Translations under genes and position numbers: made by a program
Origin: Gracilinanus agilis
Lineage: Eukaryota
DNA: 64,000 nucleotides
Assembly (NCBI RefSeq): GCF_016433145.1
Contig: NC_058132.1
Coordinates: 642,954,413-643,018,412 of the forward strand
Direction: 5' to 3'
The notes under the pieces: model-generated
The model's database searches: none
Told to the model about the DNA's origin: nothing
Seen by the model: the letters and a program-made list of their open reading frames with translations, nothing else
Shown here: positions 1 to 11,710 of the stretch, one piece after another
Position numbering within the stretch: position 1 is the first letter of the stretch
Layout of the letters: the number at the start of each line of letters is the position of its first letter

Positions 1-1983
1 GACATCTTTTTATTCCTGGGATTCTTCAAAGTTCCTCATTGGTCACAAATTGTACCCTGCTCACACCCACTCTGTGCTTCTCTCTCCCTCTATGTCCCTT
101 TTTTTAAAAGTTCTTCAGAGATATTTGTCTCTCTCTTTTTATTGTCAGAGAGCAACACTAATAAAGTGTTGAAATAAAAAAAAATGATGGGCCTTTATTT
201 CTGTGGGAATATTTATGGCATCTTTATGTGGCATCTTTATGAAATCAATGCAGCCCAGTCTTCTCCTCCTCTTCAACTCTGGGCCCCCCTCACTGTTCAT
301 AGGTACTGTCTCCTCCAGATAAGTATACTTATTGACAAAGTCTATGCGTGTTACATCCAAATTAGTGTCACAAACTTGACAACAGCCATTCTTCATTCAC
401 TCTGTCTCTACCATCTGAATGGTGAGATCTCACTCTTTTGAATGATTACACATTCGTTTTCCAGGCCCTGAAGCAACTATTACAATTTCATCCATAAACC
501 AGGTCATGGAGAAGACTTCACTGTGCATAGAGTCTCTGTACTGAGTCTCCACCATCAGAGTGGTAAACACCACCACCAATCATACATCCTCTGTTGGTTT
601 TTGGCCCATCTGATATTCTTGATCAATGAGTCATGAGACATGGGCATTTCACCCATTATAGCTTTCATTGAATTTTCAAGGATTATGAAATGTGGCCGGG
701 AAAAAATCTTGTGGGAAAGGAGCCTTAAAGGGAGCCTTTTGCTCTACTGAATCAATTGGGTTTTCAGAAATAACAAACAACAAGGACCATGGTATCTTGT
801 ATACTCTACATCTTATTGTCCAATGTAAAAGGGAAGGAATTTGACATTTTATTAAATATGTTTTGTGAAAGTCTGCTTCATCCCTAACTATATATTTTAA
901 ATGACTTCAATTTATGTACTGAGAAAACTCATATTTTTCACAGAGAGACTAGGCATACAGCTGGGTAATGCATTGATGATTAATTGTTCACCTAATGGAA
1001 GAATATTAATTGATCCTGGAATTTGTGCATACTTTTTGGGAATTCCCCTTTTTCATATTCATTACTTTTCTATCCCTTGTCAGCCTCATTTTTTTTTCTT
1101 CCAGCATGAGTCTTCTTTATATATATTTAGGTCAATCCAGTTATTTTTCCTAACTCACTTTACTTGACCATCACTTCCACCTCTTCTCTAAATATAACAA
1201 TGTCTGTGATCTGAATGTAGTCCTATCATTATCTTTGATGGTGAAATTTATTGCTTATAGTAATCTTCAGTGATTTTCCATCATTTTTATTCTATTAGTT
1301 TTCTTTCCATTTGTATACTTAATTGTCTTTGGGATGACTTGACTTACTTGATTTTTTCCTCCCTCCCCTCTCCTCCCCTCCCCTCTTCTCTCCTCTCTTC
1401 TCCCTGACCCTTTCCTTTGACCTTTTTTCTCTCTTTCTGAAGCATTGCATTCCTTCTTCACTACTTCTCTCTATTTGTGAGATGATATTCCTCATAACCA
1501 CTCATAATCCTCCTTTGAAAAAACTCTTATGTACAAATTCATAATCCAAATCAGTCTTTACTTTAACAACCATCTTCCCTCTTTGGCAAGCAAGTCAAAT
1601 ATTTCTCAACTATAGAAATGCCTGGGCTTTTGTTCATATTATAGCAAAATATTTACAACCATTAAATCTAAAACAAGATGTTTTTGTAATTGTTATGTAA
1701 TTTTTCATCCCCACATTTTCATTGTTAATTGTTTTATTAATAATATAAAGTTGAATTTAACACCACAGCATGCTTCTTCTTCTTGCTACTTCTTAATTCT
1801 AATATTTGCTGTGATAAATCTCTGATTTGACCCAAAACAAACATAACCATTAATAAGTCTCTTTCTGACTTTTAAAGTAGCCTACATTTTTATTATCACA
1901 GAAAATATTGCTCCCTGGGGAAAAAATCTCTATGATATACATGCCCAAGCCTTCATTGGCCTTTTTCATTCTTTCTTCATAAA

Positions 1984-2032
1984 AGTGAGGATGGCCAGAA
2001 ATATGTGCCACATATTTCTGGCCATCCTCACT
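1984..2032. repeat. Perfect inverted repeat (24-bp arms, 1-nt spacer)
   Basis: AGTGAGGATGGCCAGAAATATGTG-C-CACATATTTCTGGCCATCCTCACT; all 24 pairs checked by eye. Confidence 0.97.
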
Positions 2033-4910
2033 CCCCCTCCCCCCAGCTTTGCATTATAGTAGCCAAGTGTCACAGTATATGCTAATCTCATTTAGATGTT
2101 CTCATTGAACTCTGCAAAAAATTTCTTGTAAGTTTGACTTTTAGCAATTGAAACTGGCATATAGGATGCAATTATGTTTATGATTTTCTTTTTGCAAAAA
2201 TTCATCTTCAGTAAATAAAATAAATCATTAAATATCACATAAAATTGTATTCCTTGTTGCCTACAGGTATATGATAAAAAGCAATTCTGCAGACTCCTTT
2301 CCTGACCACTTAAAAGAGTACCTGTGAGTCATCCATCTACTGAGCTAAAACTTGATCTTTTTGCTTGTTTCTTTCAAAATGAGAATGCTCAAATTGACAG
2401 GATTTGGCTCTTCCAGTAATATTTCCAGTCATTATTCTCTGGATAAAGAACTCACATTTATTTTCAAGTAGTTAAATTAAAATTTACAGTCTAAAAACTC
2501 TGGTGCTTAATATCATCTGGCCCATCTCCCACTACTTTGCTAAAATCACTACAAAAGCATGAGGATACAGTGCAAGACTGAGGGTCTTTTTGCATTTTTC
2601 TCTCCTCCATAGATTGGTATAGTGAAAAAAAAAGACCACTGGGTGGTCAACTTATTAGTATTGGCCTTTTCCATATTCACTTGAACTGTCCTGAGGAAAG
2701 TAGATTGAGTCTGCTGCTGGAGTCATACTTGCTGCCATGCCAACTTGATATAACCTAGCAGAGTCTGTATTCCACTGGCATAGTCTTCCTTAATGGGGCT
2801 ACTTCCTCACTAGGATGAAGCATCAGTGGACAACCATTTTTTTTAACTCAGAACCAGTTATTTGGGGTTTTTTGGCCATCCATCCATCTGTCCACCTACT
2901 TCTTTACTTATTCATTCATGAATTCTTTTGTTATTAATAGATTGAATACCATAGCTGACACAATGACCTGTACTTATTTGAATAAATAAAATCTACTGAT
3001 AATCTAAGACCTCATTTTCAATCATATCACCAATTCATTTGCAACTGTCAATCAACCAGTAAGCTTGTATCAAGAATATGCCTAATGTTGGGAATTTAAG
3101 GAAACAAAACCATTTTGTGCATTAATTTTCCTATACTCTCTTGTTTCTTTATCTATATAAAATTTTATTATATATTTAAAATACTAATATTATTATTGGC
3201 ATGTTCTATTTGCAGGACTAAAATATGTTTTAGTGCACTTCAGGTTTTAGAGGATGTTCTGAATACCTTTGATACTGATGGGCAAGTCAGTCCTATCACT
3301 CCTAATGGAAAATGAGGGAACTGACACTTAGTTAATGAGTTTAGAATGTTGCATTCTTAGTATCCCTGAATATGTAGATCAGATGGTGAAAATAATTGTT
3401 TCGTCTCTCTTAGGCTTGGGAGTTTAGTTTTTAGGCACCTTGCAAGAACGAATAGGGCTAAGGAGTATGCGAGAAAAAAATAGAAATCAACATCCTTATT
3501 TTACAGGTTAGGAAACTGAGTTCCTGTTGCTAAAGAAAAGATACATTTGATGAGAAGCAAATATAATTTTTTACATTAGAAACTGTTGTGTGTTTTAATT
3601 TCATCAAAATATCCTTTAAAAAAGGCAAGAGATTGTAAAACCCAGTTTAACAAATATAATTTATCATTTCTGCTCCTGGGAAAGTGATTAAGCTCGCTAG
3701 GTAATACATTGAAATTCATGTGGCACAGGGAAAACGGAACACTTGGATCGTATTAACAGAACAAAAATAGGGGATGACAAGAAGGAAGAAATTTTAATTT
3801 TCATTAGTCTTTTGGATTATTTAATCAGAAAAAAAGTTATAATTGCTTTCTCCCTTAGAAGAAGGAAGACATCAGATTTGAGCAGAAAAGATAAATGATG
3901 GTGGTCCTGCTTTTCATGACCTGATTATAAGCTAAGTGTAGCTATTCTAAACAGAGCCATGGGAAAGGAGGGGGAGTTCATAGGTCTCACATTTCCAAGG
4001 CCTGGTTTAGAGCTCTTCTTCCCTCCTCTTCACCTTTTATTCCTTCTTTCAACAAATAATTATTTTTCCTTTATGTATAGAATACATTCCCTGTCACTTT
4101 TAGAGATGTACATTTAAGAAATCCATATTATTTAGCTAGCAATCTAGCAGAGCTATGTAAGGTTCATTCTTATGATTTGCTGAGTACATACCATTGGGTG
4201 AAGACATATCTCAAGGTCATGGGGAGAGTGTGGGGAAAGAAAGCTACTGCAGACCCATCTTCCCATTCTTGCTTATGACCTTAAGAACTTTCCATCAAAA
4301 TGAGCATCTCCAACTCAAAGGAGAATAGCTAACAATTTTTAAATACCTAGAATGGTATATTGAAGGACATGTTAACTTGACTTTCCTTTACCCACTTACA
4401 AGACCCCCAGGTCACCAGTCTTCATGGGGTTGAAAAGAGTTTCTGCTTCTCTAAATTTGGTCATACTTGCGCTACCCACTTATGACGTTGTTAAGAAAAT
4501 AATGAATCATTATTAATGTATTGTGGATAGAGGGCTTTTCAGAATGGGTCTGAAGCTGCCATTTACTGAGTTTGTAAAAGTCTTGTTTCTCCACAAAGGT
4601 GGATTAGCCACTTAACCATGATCTGTAATCTTAGAGAGTAGCTTGCCTGTGGTTCCATTGCTAGTATGTGCCAAAAGGTAAAACTTGAATACAGCTCTTC
4701 ATGAATAAAAGATCATTTATTAAGTGGTTACTATATGACAAAAACTGTGGTAAGTTCTGAGTTTAATAACAGAAAAAGGTCAAAGTCCCTTCTCTCACGT
4801 GTCACATTGTAATTGAGAGAAGATAATATAAAGCAAAAAGTTCAACTTCAAGGTGAATGGACAGTCCCAGGAATCCTGAAAGCAAGATCCAGAGATCCTT
4901 AGAGTATCTC

Positions 4911-4976
<66 letters not shown>

Positions 4977-4992
4977 CATCCATCTATCTATC
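4911..4992. repeat. (TCTA)n tetranucleotide microsatellite
   Basis: Seen directly. Confidence 0.97.
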
Positions 4993-5011
4993 TTTCTACA
5001 TATGTTTTTCT

Positions 5012-5194
5012 TTTTCTTTTAAAGTGTTACCTTCCATTTTAGGAACAATACTGTGTATTGGTTCCAAAGTAAAGGTAATAGGGTCGAGGCAGTGGGGTTA
5101 ATTGACTTGCCCAGAATCACAGGAAGTTTCTGAGGTCTAATTTGAACCCAGGACCTCCCATCTTTAGGTCTGGTTCTCAATCTACTGAGCCACC
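5012..5194 (-). mobile_element. Older marsupial SINE (SINE2_MD-like)
   Basis: Diverged head and core with the different tail type (...GGAACCAATACACAGTATTG...); subfamily name tentative. Confidence 0.7.
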
Positions 5195-6469
5195 TCGTTG
5201 GTCCAATGGTATGCGTGGGTGTACTTGTGTGTGTATATATTAGTCTTGTTACAATTAAGGCATTTGAGAGACTACCTTTTCGGTAGTTTTGGACATCCCA
5301 AGGCATCTCTAATTGATGAAGAGTTAATGAGGAGGTTGTCCAATGAGTCTCCCACAGGGGATGGGAGCAGTTAAATACCTAGCAGGTACTTAATCCTGAA
5401 CCCTGATATAGGAATAATACAGTATGAAAAATCAGTTCTCATAGTCTATAAGGTCCTTGAGAGCAGGGATTGTCATTTGCCTTTTTTATATTCCCAACAC
5501 TTAGCACAGTGTCTGGGACATAAAAGGTATTTAATAAAGGCTAGTTGATATGCAGGACTGGAAATGCCAAATAGAATAGTTTGTATTTTCCTGTGGAAGT
5601 AATAGGGAGCCACTGAAATGTATTGTGTAGGGAAGTAACATTATCTGACCTGTCCTTTAGGAATAGCCCTTATGCAGCCATGTTGAGTGTGTATCACAAA
5701 GGGAGAGGGATCCGTGAGGTCGATTAGGATGCTATCACCCTATTCCAGGTAGGAGATGGTGAGGAGCTAAAGCAAGGTTTGAATCAGATGGGTAGAAAGC
5801 CAAATGACAAGATGTTGGGGCTGTGGAATTAATTGACAAGACTTGGTGGCCAGTTGGGTATATGGAGGGAGTCAGAATGAGGAGGTGATTCTAGGTTCTA
5901 CGTTGTAAACCAGGATGACTGAAAGAATTGACAGGAACTACATTTATATAGGAGATTCCTGAATATTTTCAGATTACCTCAGCTTTGAGAGGAAAGATAG
6001 ATAACAAATTGCAGAAAGTCTGTTGTTTACTATTAAGTTGTATTGAATTGACATTCGTTCAGCTACCTAATGCTACTGAGGGACATGTCAGGCATCCTTT
6101 CAAAGAATCTCCAGGATAGAACAGATTTAAGACCAATTAGTGTTCACATACCACAGGACTGAATAGGATGCACATTTAGAGGAAGGATGACAGCCAGGCA
6201 AGCCAACAGACACTCTGAAGTGATCTACCAAAAGTGAGTCTCAAATTGGACTTTTATGTTGCTCTTTAGGATACGCAAAATGTTGTATGTCCATCAATTC
6301 TGTCCTCACCATCCTCAGCCTCCCCAAATTTAGTATCCTTGACGTCCTCTCTTTCTGAGCACCCTCTCCTATCTGGGCTTTCATGAAATTATTCTCTTAA
6401 CACTGTTCCCATATGACTGGCCGCTTTTCATTCTTCTTTGTTCAAACATCATCAAGGTCATGGTCCCTA

Positions 6470-7060
6470 ACTGGGGGGCTTCCCAAAGGCTAAACCCTGG
6501 ACCTTTCCTTTGACTTCTTTACACTGTTCTCCATGGTGACCCCATCATCTCTTTTCTTGATGGATCCCACAACTATATCAGCAACATTAACTTCTTTTCT
6601 GAGCTCCAGTCTGACATCATCACCAATTGCTTACTGGACATTTTGAACTGGATGATCCAGGGGCAACTCAAACTCAGCATGTTTAAAACAGAACTCAGAA
6701 ACCTCCCCTTTCACCACTTTTCCAGTCACCTGACATTGCAACCTTAATTTTATCCTGAATTCTTTCTCCTCACTCCCCCCAAATACAAAACCCCCAATGA
6801 AACAAATCAGTTGCCAGATCTTGCCAGCACTGTACAATATCTCTTACATCATCTCCTTCTTTCCAATCATATAGACACAATCCTAGTCCTCCTCACCTTC
6901 TACCACTATTGTCACAGCCTCCTAATAGGTCTCCTTGTTTTAAGTTCCTTCCCTAATGGATCCAATCTCTACAGAGGGGCCAAAAGGATTCATCCTCAAG
7001 TGAAAGCCCGACTCCATCACTTCCCTACTTAGCTTCCACCAGATCATCTTCAGATCTCTC
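6470..7060 (+). mobile_element. L2 LINE ORF2 (RT) remnant
   Basis: Degenerate GVPQGSVLGP-like motif near 6475 and CAACTCAAACTCAGCATGTTTAAAACAGAACTC (HLKLNMSKTEL-like); stops and frameshifts. Confidence 0.75.
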
Positions 7061-7954
7061 TGCTGCCACACAACAGTTAGAAAAAACAAGAAACAAGAAC
7101 ATCATGTTGAAATTATTCTAACGTTCAAGGAATATTTAATAAGAAAATGTTCTTTTTGCATTGAGGCAAGACTAGATATGAATCCTAGATCCAGATCTCC
7201 AATTGACTGTAGAGATCATCTGATCCAACATCTTCATATTATTTTTTTGGAATTTATTTTTTTGTTACATTAAAATACCCAGTTAGCACCTTCCCTCCTT
7301 CATCTTCTCTCAGTAGAGAGGGCATCATTTGACCTAAACATATATGTATATGTACTACTATGTCTCACTTATACCCTCAGCATGCCTGATGAATGTTTCT
7401 AGCCAGCTGACTCTGAACAAGTCTCTCTCCCACCTTTCATTTCCTTCTTCTGTACAATGATGGGGTTGGACTAGATCAACTTCCCTCCTGGTGCCTATCA
7501 ATAGGCATTCTTTGTATAATTTCACCTAATATCACGTGGTGCTTTATTACCCCAAAGGTTCTGGTAACTCCCATTTTGCATTAACCCCCAAAAGGCTGAA
7601 AGAATCACTAGAAGTAGATGTACTGCCTCCTGAGGAAGATAGGCAAAACCCTCCCAAAATATTTGACATTTTCCTGATTGGGATCTCAAAGCAATTATGA
7701 TTGTACAGTATCCTAACTTCCTAATCAAATTTGCATGTTCCCTGAAACAGCAGAGGAGGGAAAGACGTGTAGTTACACAGGGATCTATTTTATTGTCCCA
7801 AGACTTCAAAAAAAAGATATTTTTTTATGATTTTATTATTGAAATGGGGGTGAGAGATGGATAGAGATATTGATGATTAGGTTTGTATTCTCAAATGTCC
7901 CCATCTCCTTCATTAGAATGTAAACTCTTTGAAGACAAAGACTCTTGTCCAGAG

Positions 7955-8170
7955 AGAAAAGAGACAGACGAGAGCCAGAGAGCCAGAGACAGAAACAGAG
8001 ATAGAGACCGAAAGACAGAGAAATTATGGAGAGAGAGACAGACAGATAGACAGAGACAGAGAGACAGAGACAGAAACAGAGACAGACACCAAAAGACAGA
8101 GAGACTGTGGAGAGACAGACAGATAGACAGAGACAGAGACAAAGAGACAGACAGAAACAGAGACAAGGGA
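7955..8170. repeat. Compound GA/GACA low-complexity repeat
   Basis: Seen directly; explains the spurious ORFs at 7883-8247. Confidence 0.95.
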
Positions 8171-9161
8171 CAGAAAAATTGAAATTGTGTTAAAGAACCC
8201 TGAGGAAGTAAACAAAATGAGCAAAATTCTTCTGACTCTGGCAGCAATGAAGTGGAGGCTTGATTCTATATGAGATTAAGCAGAAACTCACCTATTAGAG
8301 TCCAGGGTTGTTCCAGAGACACAATCTGCACTTCCCCAGTACTTTGCACAATGATAAACAGTAATAAATGCTTGTTGGTTGATTGATTTGGTAGAAGCTT
8401 AGTGCTAAGAGTTTTGTTTGAATGGCAGTTCTTGGTTTTGAGGGTTGTGACCTAAGTGGGGGGGGGGTGGATAGATGGGGATTGCCCTTGGAATGCCCCA
8501 GAAGAGCCAATAAATAAAATAAAACCTGTTTTCCCTGGGGATGCTTTGTTTGGGGCCTGCTTCGTATCTTCTCCTCATCCCTTGTGATGACAGGAAATAT
8601 TGGTGGGAAAGGTTCCTCCTACGATAGTAGAAATAAACCCCCACCATATGTCATTGATTAAATAAGCTCAATGAAGGAGATATTCAGGATAATCTCTCTG
8701 TCCGTCTCTCTGTCTGTCTCTTTCGCTCTCTCTGTCATCTAGAAATAAAGCTGTTTCTGATTTATCTGAGCTTTCATCGGTTCCTTCTGATTTTGACTTT
8801 GAGCAAAGTCAACCTGATAGAAACTCTAAATGACAAAGTTGCCCAAATGGTGCTTTCTTTGGCCTTGGCAGGTCTGTCTCTTACGCCCAGTGGCAGGCCA
8901 GTGTGGGCATCATCTTGGAACCAGGGCCCAATGGTAAGGCCTGACATGAAGTAGGCCTTATTGTTCTTTAATAACAAAATGTATTAAGTGCCAACAATGT
9001 TGGAGGCTGTGCTAGGAACACAAGGACCAGAACTAAACGTTCCCTGTCAAGATGGAACTTATGCTCTACTGGGGGGAAATGCATGTACATATGGAAAGAA
9101 GTAAAAATGTAAATACAAAGTAATACAATTCCTCAAAGGCAGAAGGGCTAACAGCCTAGGG

Positions 9162-9365
9162 CAGTGTTGGGCAATCTTTTTAAAGAGGGGGCCAAAGGAA
9201 AGGAAAAGCTCATCTGTCAGTCTGTTTCTAAGGCAACTCTTTTGAAGTTTCATTGTATTGTATCCTACTCATTGTATTTGTCAGATTAGGAATAATGTTG
9301 CCTGGCAGGAAAGAACATTTCAGGGGGCTGCATCTGGCCCTCGGGCCATAGTTCGCCCATCAGTG
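9162..9365 (-). mobile_element. Non-autonomous hAT (Charlie-type) DNA transposon, 204 bp
   Basis: Imperfect TIRs (CAGTGTTGGGCAA / TTCGCCCATCAGTG); perfect 8-bp TSD GCCTAGGG at 9154-9161 and 9366-9373; minus-strand peptide LRNRLTDE resembles the hAT C-terminal dimerisation motif. Confidence 0.88.
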
Positions 9366-9412
9366 GCCTAGGGGATCAGGTATGGTGTAACAGCAGGCAG
9401 GAACTAAGTTTT

Positions 9413-9598
9413 TTTTTTTTTTTTTTACCCTTAACTTCTGTGTATTGGCTTCTTGGTGGAAGAGTGGTCAGGGTGGGCAATGGGGGTCAAGTGACTTGCC
9501 CAGGGTCACACAGCTGGGAAGTGTCTGAGGCCAGATTTGAACCTAGGACCTCCTGTCTCGAGGCCTGACTCTCAATCCACTGAGCTACCCAGCTGCCC
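9413..9598 (-). mobile_element. Young tRNA-derived SINE (SINE1_Mdo-like)
   Basis: Reverse complement of the GGGGCAGCTGGGTAGCTCAGTGG head with A/B boxes and A-tail; 15-bp TSD CAGGAACTAAGTTTT at 9398-9412 and 9599-9613. Confidence 0.9.
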
Positions 9599-10506
9599 CA
9601 GGAACTAAGTTTTGAAGAATGCTAGGGATTCTTTAGGATGGAGGGGAGAGCACAGCACATTCAGCAGAAAGGGGACATGTGGGGAAAAGGTTCAGAAATG
9701 GGAAATGGGATGCCCTATGGGGGAAACAGATTATAGGCCAGTGTCACTGGAATGGAGAGTCCATGAAGTCTCGAGAGTAATGGGGGATATTACCTCTAAG
9801 ACTAGAAGCAGGGACTACAGCGAAGGACTTTAAACTGTAGCCTACATAGTGGATATTTGTCATAGGGGCCATAGGGAGCCATTGAATATTTTTGAGTAAG
9901 GTTTAGGGTTATAGTAGGAATTTAAAACCCTCCACAGCATTTCTGGGTATGTCTTTTAGGAATATTAATGTGATAACTGACCATGGGATAGTTTGAAGAG
10001 GGAAGATTTTGAAAGTGAGGAAACAATTAGGAGACTATTGTGGTGGTCCAAACCAGGAGGGATAAGGGGCTGATCTATCATAGGGGCTGTATGAGTGGAG
10101 AGAGAGAGAGGCAGACCAGAGAAGAAAAATCAATGTGATTTGACAACTAATTGGATGAAGGTAGGGGGAAGAGAAGAAAACATCAAGGATGACTCTTGGT
10201 TTACGTTTTCACTGGGGATAGGTTGTGAGATCTGCCTGCCATCATGCTAGGGGGGCCTGTGTAGACAAGAAGCCCACTGCCAAAATCATATGGAGATGAG
10301 CTCAAAATGCTCTTTTCCCCTCCTCCCACATTTCTACTATATTGGTCTTACACAGTTGACTTCTCTGTGGGATCCCTAAGCCATAGTATGAAGCACTGTA
10401 GGTTTGGGTTTGCTCCCCAAGGGAAGGAAAGGGTGGATCAAGTGTCTTTCCAGCTTCTGGAAGCAGACACCACGGCCTAAGCAGGCCCATTCGCAAGGGG
10501 CTAGAC

Positions 10507-10700
10507 CAGTGGTTCCCCAACTTTTTTTGGCCTACCGCCCCCTTTCCAGAAAAAAATATTACTTAGTTCCTCCTTTCACATACTATCACCACCCCCTTAC
10601 AGTTATTCACTGCCCCCAAATGCACCTGTGGCCATCACCACTCCCCTGAATTGCTGCAGCACCCACCAGGGGGCAGTGGCGCCCACTTTGGGAATCACTG
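10507..10700. mobile_element. hAT/Charlie-type MITE, copy 1
   Basis: TIRs CAGTGGTTCCCCAA...TTTGGGAATCACTG; 8-bp TSD GGCTAGAC/ATCTAGAC with Charlie-like TCTAGA core. Confidence 0.85.
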
Positions 10701-10914
10701 ATCTAGACCCTCGGGTAGATTCTTTTTTCATTTTGGGGTCTCACAATTATAAAAGATGGTTTGGTTCTGAAATGTTTCCTTTAATCAAAGAAATCTGCCT
10801 TTTTTAATGGATCATTTTGAATGTTACTGAGTCTTTCAGTAATTAATTACATGTCTACTCCACGTCAGGAACTGGGCTAACCAGTGAGGACATGGAGAAA
10901 GGCAAAGAGACTGT

Positions 10915-11710
10915 CTATAAGAAGACTGAAAAGCTAAGAAGTGACTGGATCATAAAAAGCTTTGAATGTGAATTGGGGGATTTTATATTTGACTCAGGAG
11001 ATCAGAAGACTCCACTGAAATATACTGAATAGAGGAGTGACAGGGTCAGACCTGCCCACTGGCAAGATGAATTCAACAGCTGAATTTATGATGGACTGAA
11101 AGAGGGAGAGCCTGGAGGCTCTTGCAACAGTACAATTGTAAGGCGATGAGGGTCTGTACCAAGGCAGTTATCAGGTCAGAGGAGAGAAAGGGCATGCTGT
11201 GGCACAGTGGATAAAGTGCTAGGCCTGGCATCAGGAAGACCTGTATTTAAATGCGGCCACAGACATTTGCTAGCTGTGGGACCCTGGACCAGTTACTTAA
11301 CCTCTCTTTTCCTCAGTTTCTTCAACTGTAAAATGGACATCATAAGGGCATGTAACGCCCAGGGTTGTTGTGAAGATCAAAAGAGATAATACTAACCAAG
11401 TACTTAGCACAGTGCCTGATTCTTCGTAGGTGCTTTATATAAACATTAGATATGATAATTATTATTTAAAAGAGATGTTATGAAGGGAACATTGCCGGAA
11501 TTTGTAACCGATTGTATAGTTGAGATTAGAGAGAGAGAAGCATTCAGAATGACACCTAAGTTGTAGGAATAAGATGGTGACTTTAGAGTGAGTAGGAGTA
11601 TAGTGATGACCTCCATGGCAATAAGGAAATATGGAAAGAGCAGGACGTGGGGGGTAAAGAGAAGCTCATTTATGGACATAGTGAATTGAAGACTTCTATG
11701 GGACATCCAA
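10915..11710 (-). mobile_element. L2 LINE remnant interrupted by a MIR-family SINE
   Basis: ORF 11446-11706 includes NLGVILNASLSL, an L2 ORF2 C-terminal motif; L2-like sequence on both sides of the SINE. Confidence 0.75.
11191..11450 (+). mobile_element. Near full-length MIR/MAR1-family CORE-SINE
   Basis: tRNA-like head, CORE (TTACTTAACCTCTCTTTTCCTCAGTTTCTTCAACTGTAAAATGG) and L2-derived tail (TTAGCACAGTGCCTG). Confidence 0.8.

Noticed and set aside
7883-8247. Charged or low-complexity ORFs (also at 4857, 14459, 15436, 42108)
   Set aside because: These are translations of microsatellites.
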